Assembly: GCA_008632985.1 (NCBI GenBank)
Contig: QPGO01000023.1
Location: 493,681-557,680 of the forward strand
Source: Psammoneis japonica
Lineage: Eukaryota
Reading direction: 5' to 3'
Length of the DNA stretch: 64,000 nucleotides
Positions within the stretch are counted from its first letter, which is position 1. Every line of letters begins with the position of its first letter. The notes beneath the pieces were generated by a model, which saw nothing but the letters and a program-made list of their open reading frames with translations, was not told where the DNA came from and did no database searches. Shown here one piece after another: positions 60,201 through 64,000 of this stretch. A program made the position numbers and the translations under genes.

Positions 60201-60803
60201 AAGCACCTCTCTGCTGTTGTTGATGTGGGCTGGGTCATTGATCATGACCTGTGGAATCGTGGCTGCCACATTGAACTGTTGAATGGGAATGCAACCTCAT
60301 CAAGAGTGTCAGCGTTGAGGTCAAGCACAGCCGCATGTGCGTTGACCATCAAATTGAACACACAGCAATGTAAAGTGTGGCAAACAACCATGGCCATGTT
60401 CACTGCTCCGGCCACCGGCACATTAAGATGCTCGCCAATGTTGTTACAGATGGCAGGATTGGTGTGCATGAAAGTGCCTGCCGGTGCCTCCGTTGCAACA
60501 ATCGGCCACTCAACTCCTGCCGAATTGTCATGCAGCCACTCCAGCGCCCCATTGGTGACCTCCTGAGGAAGATGTGTGCAATCAAAACGACTCAACAGCA
60601 TCTCCAATTTTGTCTGTGATGAAGCGACTGCATTGCTTGACATGCCAGAAAGAGCCTGTGGAAAGTGCCGCTCACATTGCTGGATGCTCAAGGTGGACAA
60701 CTTGTCAGGCTTTGCCGGAACTTGAAAAGTGCTGTCATTCCTGCGGGCATGCACCAAATCAAGTGCCAGGTCAGAAGGATGATTTGCCCCACTCATCCCT
60801 CGA

Positions 60804-61530
60804 GACGCGTTCCAGGTCCAGGTGGAACCTCGCATCACTGAACTGTGACATCGACAGTTTTTTGAATTGTGTCGCATGTTGCACATGCACATTTCTGTGT
60901 GATTTTGGCAGTGCAATTGCTGGGTGGTCCATTCAACAACTTTTAACATTTTTTCCTTCTGTGCCATTCTTGAATGTCTCAAGAATGGCGTGGGGCAGGT
61001 GGGTCATCCAAAACTCTGAGCAGGTGCAGGGACATGTGCACCACAAACTTGGTCATTCATTTTACATCAAAGATGAACACATCCATTGATCAGAGTACAA
61101 ACTGCAGAGCTTGCACGCAGAATTCTGTGGAGCAAATGTCACAAAAAGTCCCACCTGGGGCTGGAACGCGTCATGAACAGTGCCCACAGCTGTTGCAAAC
61201 CCAAAAGGAAGATCAAAGGGCAACCACCGGGCAGGATTCCATGCAATGTGGGGATGCTGTCAAGGTGGATGGTTGCCGAATTGTGAGTGGGTAGAGAACC
61301 ACATGGTGTGACACTGTGTCAAGGTGTCAATGAGTGGTGTCAGCCGTGCAGGGTCAGTGCATCACTTCCATCTCACCCCAGTCTGTCAATGGACAGACAA
61401 TGGTGTGATGTCGTCACAAGTTCCAAATGCTCATCCTTGTCGCAAGTGTCAAGATCGTCAACAGCGGAGGCAGAAACGGAGATGGAGCGGTTGACTGTGC
61501 ATGGCCAAAGGCAAATTCTGCTGAGCCGAA
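60804..61530 (-). repeat. Rearranged 5' LTR region
   Basis: 60821-60900 and 61103-61167 match 3' LTR segments in inverted orientation; 61248-61418 and 61447-61530 match in direct orientation. Confidence 0.75.
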
Positions 61531-63299
61531 GGCTTGTGCGCATTGCAATCTGCCTGTTGCAGTTGGAGCCAGGAATGTTGATGCACACTGCACTGTGCGC
61601 TGAACCTCAGGGGTTTGGGTTGCTTTTGGATTGAGGCTTGAGACCATCAACCATGATGCATCAGCAATGCAGCATGCCCCTCCAAAAGCAACACTGAACC
61701 CCAAATAACATCATCAACCATTGAAGCAAGAGAGAACAAGCACACTGATGGTGGCAGCCGTGCTGTCAGTCATGTCTGCGCCGATGCCAGACAACTGCAT
61801 CTTCTTCGGGCTGCTGCAGGGTTTGCCAAAGCATTGTGAATGATTTGAGGGTTGTTCAAAAAACCCCAAACACGACCGCCTGTGAGCATTGTGGTGGTGT
61901 CAGTTGGATTTCCATGCATCGGGGCAACCAGTTTTTCCACAGCTTTGGAAAGAACTGGGATGATCCCCACATCATGACAATGAAGCTGCGGAGGTGGCCA
62001 ATTTGATGGGATGACAATTCAACAGGACCCATCCAATGCCCATTGCCGACTGCATGGAGCAGTTTGGGCAACAGGGATTTGACTTCTTTTTTTGGTTCTT
62101 GTGCGATCTCATTGCATGGGCCGCCAAACAACATGACGTCAAATTCGAAACGCAACATTGGCAGGGAAAAAAGTCATGGCATCCTCACATCTGAATCTGT
62201 CTCACATCCACAACAGTTTGTCCTTTACTTCTTCTCCTCTTGATCAGTCACAGCCATGCCAGCAGCACAATGCGCTGTTGTCATCACATCTCTGAATGCT
62301 GACAAACAGTTCTGCTGGAGATTTGCCGCAGCTTTCAGCAACGATCAATGATGTTTTCCAATCTGACCGAGACTGCTCCCTCCATCCTCAAAACCGTCTC
62401 CTGCATCAATGACCGTGGCCTCTTCCTCTGATGCCATTGCAATGGCAATTCTTGCCATCTGCATGCCTGCCTCATGCCATCTCAATCCAGGCTTGCCCAT
62501 GACGGTTCCACTGGACCAGCCTGACCCAGTCAACCAGTCAAAGTTCCTGGAATGCTTCCAAGTCCTCTCTGGGCTTTGCCATTTTTCAGGCTGGTGCTCG
62601 TCCTTGGTCTGCAAATGTGAACGCCACCATCAGTTTTTTCATGCTCTCTGCAAAGACATGCTGTCACATGATGGTGCAATGCATGGTGCCAGCACACGAC
62701 AACAACAATGGCAAATCCACAGTGTTGTCAGAAAGGGCAGAAGTCCACAAAATGCTCTGAAAACTCAGCAACACCGCAGAAACAGTTTGTCATGATTGGT
62801 TTGTCTGTGCTGCTCTCTGAGAGAGGGATCTCGAATGGAATTTCGACAAGGCTGTCTTCACCAGCTCCAAGACAAAAGGCATCGTGCCCCACCATTGTGG
62901 ATGTTAAAAGGATGGACAGGTGACACGAACTCTTGAATGGAGTTTCGATGAAGGGTGCCATGCACCATCACCACCTGTCCTTATGAACCTCGTGACGCAG
63001 CAAGTGCTTTTGAACAACCAAAACACTGAAGAAAACCAACGCATCATGAAGAACAAAAGTCAAACCGCGGGGCAATGGAAAATCTACGTCAAGCGTCAGA
63101 TTTGCACCGACAAAATTCAAAGACATGTTGTTCATGGAAACATCAAAGCAGAGCATGGATTACAAAGTTGGACGGATGCCCCACGTGATGTGGGGAAACG
63201 CCAACTGCCATTCAATTGTGTGAGATCAATGTGAAGTGCGCAACAGTTCGCAATTCCATGGGTGAATTTTTCTTCAGAGATGTACAGCATGCATCTCAG

Positions 63300-64000
63300 G
63301 GATGTCATTGGCATTGTTTGAGAACAATGGGTTTGAGCATGATGGAAAAATGCAAAAGTGGAACGAGAAAAACATTCATGGTGGTGAATTCTGGATCGCG
63401 GCAGATGGCTGTTGAGCATGCTGGTCACTGACCAGGTCGGATCGTCAACAGGACGCAGACTGAAGATTTTGCCAACACAGCTGGGGCTCTCAAACGGACT
63501 TCCAACAACTGGCATCTTAGCCACCTTGCGTGCCTTGGGCGTCTTGAATTCTTCAACATCATCAAGGTTGGCGTGGGCGCTGACCAGTGGAGGGCTCTCG
63601 AAAGGTGACTCAAAGAATGGTTTCTCCGCCGTTTCCTCCGCCTCTTGCATCTTGTGGTCTTCGACACGGACAGAATCATTGATGTGTCGAGGGCCATTGA
63701 ACACCTCGCCTGCAGCGGGATCACGTGCACTCACCAAAGCACGACTGGACAGAGCATGATGAACGTCAGAGGCTGGACGAATGCAGTTGACGAAGACAGG
63801 AGTCTTAACTTCTTCCTCAGCCTCATGCATCTCGAACTCCTCGCCCGCAGCGGGATCGCACACTTTCCTCATGCCTGCATGGTTCACCATCTCCTGCGCT
63901 TCGAGCATCTTGCATTCTTCAACCTCTTCAAGGACGAAGTGGTTGGCGCATCGAGGGCTCTCGAACACCTCCCCCGCAGCGGGATCGCACACTTTCACCC
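63300..64000 (-). pseudogene. Hypermutated C-terminal repeat region of a second GcvT-like paralogue (continues beyond the window)
   Basis: KVCDPAAGEVFESP, FVNC and ESP repeats align to KVCDPATGEVFESP and FVNY at 48380-48680; TA nearly absent. Confidence 0.75.

Larger units (their letters stand above)
51880..60795 (-). pseudogene. gag-pol relic: RT ~56200-56960, RNase H ~55500-55950, integrase ~53280-53890
   Basis: RT: RQLNQVTQPFAFPVPRCDD, FDLDCSCWQV, KTALFTPTGKCHWTVLPVG..NA, VIDDVLL; RH: LAHPD...VKMDWSK; IN: PWSAVFLDFW, IIVDAD..F. Many TGA stops and frameshifts. Confidence 0.85.
50423..61418 (-). mobile_element. Decayed Ty3/Gypsy LTR retrotransposon (~11 kb)
   Basis: gag-RT-RNaseH-integrase order on the minus strand, LTR-like repeats at both ends, and a polypurine tract next to the 3' LTR. 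Confidence 0.85.

Noticed and set aside
50423..61530. DIRS/Ngaro-type retroelement suggested by mixed inverted and direct terminal repeats
   Set aside because: The element has a DDE integrase after RNase H, TG...CA ends and a polypurine tract, which fits Ty3/Gypsy.
61447..62288. Complete solo LTR
   Set aside because: Only the first ~85 bp match clearly; the length coincidence and tcatcaca end are suggestive, but I found no TSD or internal homology.
50400..64000. Alternative genetic code or recoding as the cause of Tyr-free TE proteins
   Set aside because: TA loss is frame-independent and affects non-coding TIRs and LTRs; neighbouring host genes use Tyr and TAA/TAG normally.
50400..64000. 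Classical fungal RIP or CpG decay alone
   Set aside because: C->T changes cannot remove TpA or convert Tyr to Cys/His, and RIP would raise TpA. CpG decay is present but explains only part of the pattern.

Overview
Eukaryotic genomic DNA, most likely from a diatom. The evidence is short GT-AG introns, an ABC-F protein with a signal peptide followed by an 'SNA-F' plastid-targeting motif, and stramenopile-type transposons. The window alternates between host-gene blocks of ordinary composition (about 2.9-7.0, 13.0-34.2 and 45.4-50.3 kb) and repeat/transposon blocks (about 0-2.8, 7.1-12.9, 38.7-45.3 and 50.4-64 kb). The repeat blocks have lost almost every TpA and many CpG dinucleotides and are rich in TpG/CpA. 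Internal duplicate pairs show the direction of change: TA->TG or TA->CA on both strands, so Tyr becomes Cys/His in conserved TE motifs, alongside ordinary CG->TG/CA decay. This looks like a RIP-like, adenine-directed hypermutation of repeat domains and is the main finding, although a base-calling artefact still has to be excluded. The second highlight is an apparently intact 4.25-kb element carrying a Crypton-like tyrosine recombinase and a convergent AT-hook/RusA Holliday-junction resolvase, with hairpin-rich ends and a 10-bp terminal direct repeat. Also present are an ISL2EU-like transposon with an XPG/Exo1+SWIM second gene, a DDE transposon with an embedded DEDDy exonuclease, a decayed Ty3/Gypsy element with rearranged LTRs, and about 14 host genes. 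All counts and alignments were done by eye and no database searches were run.
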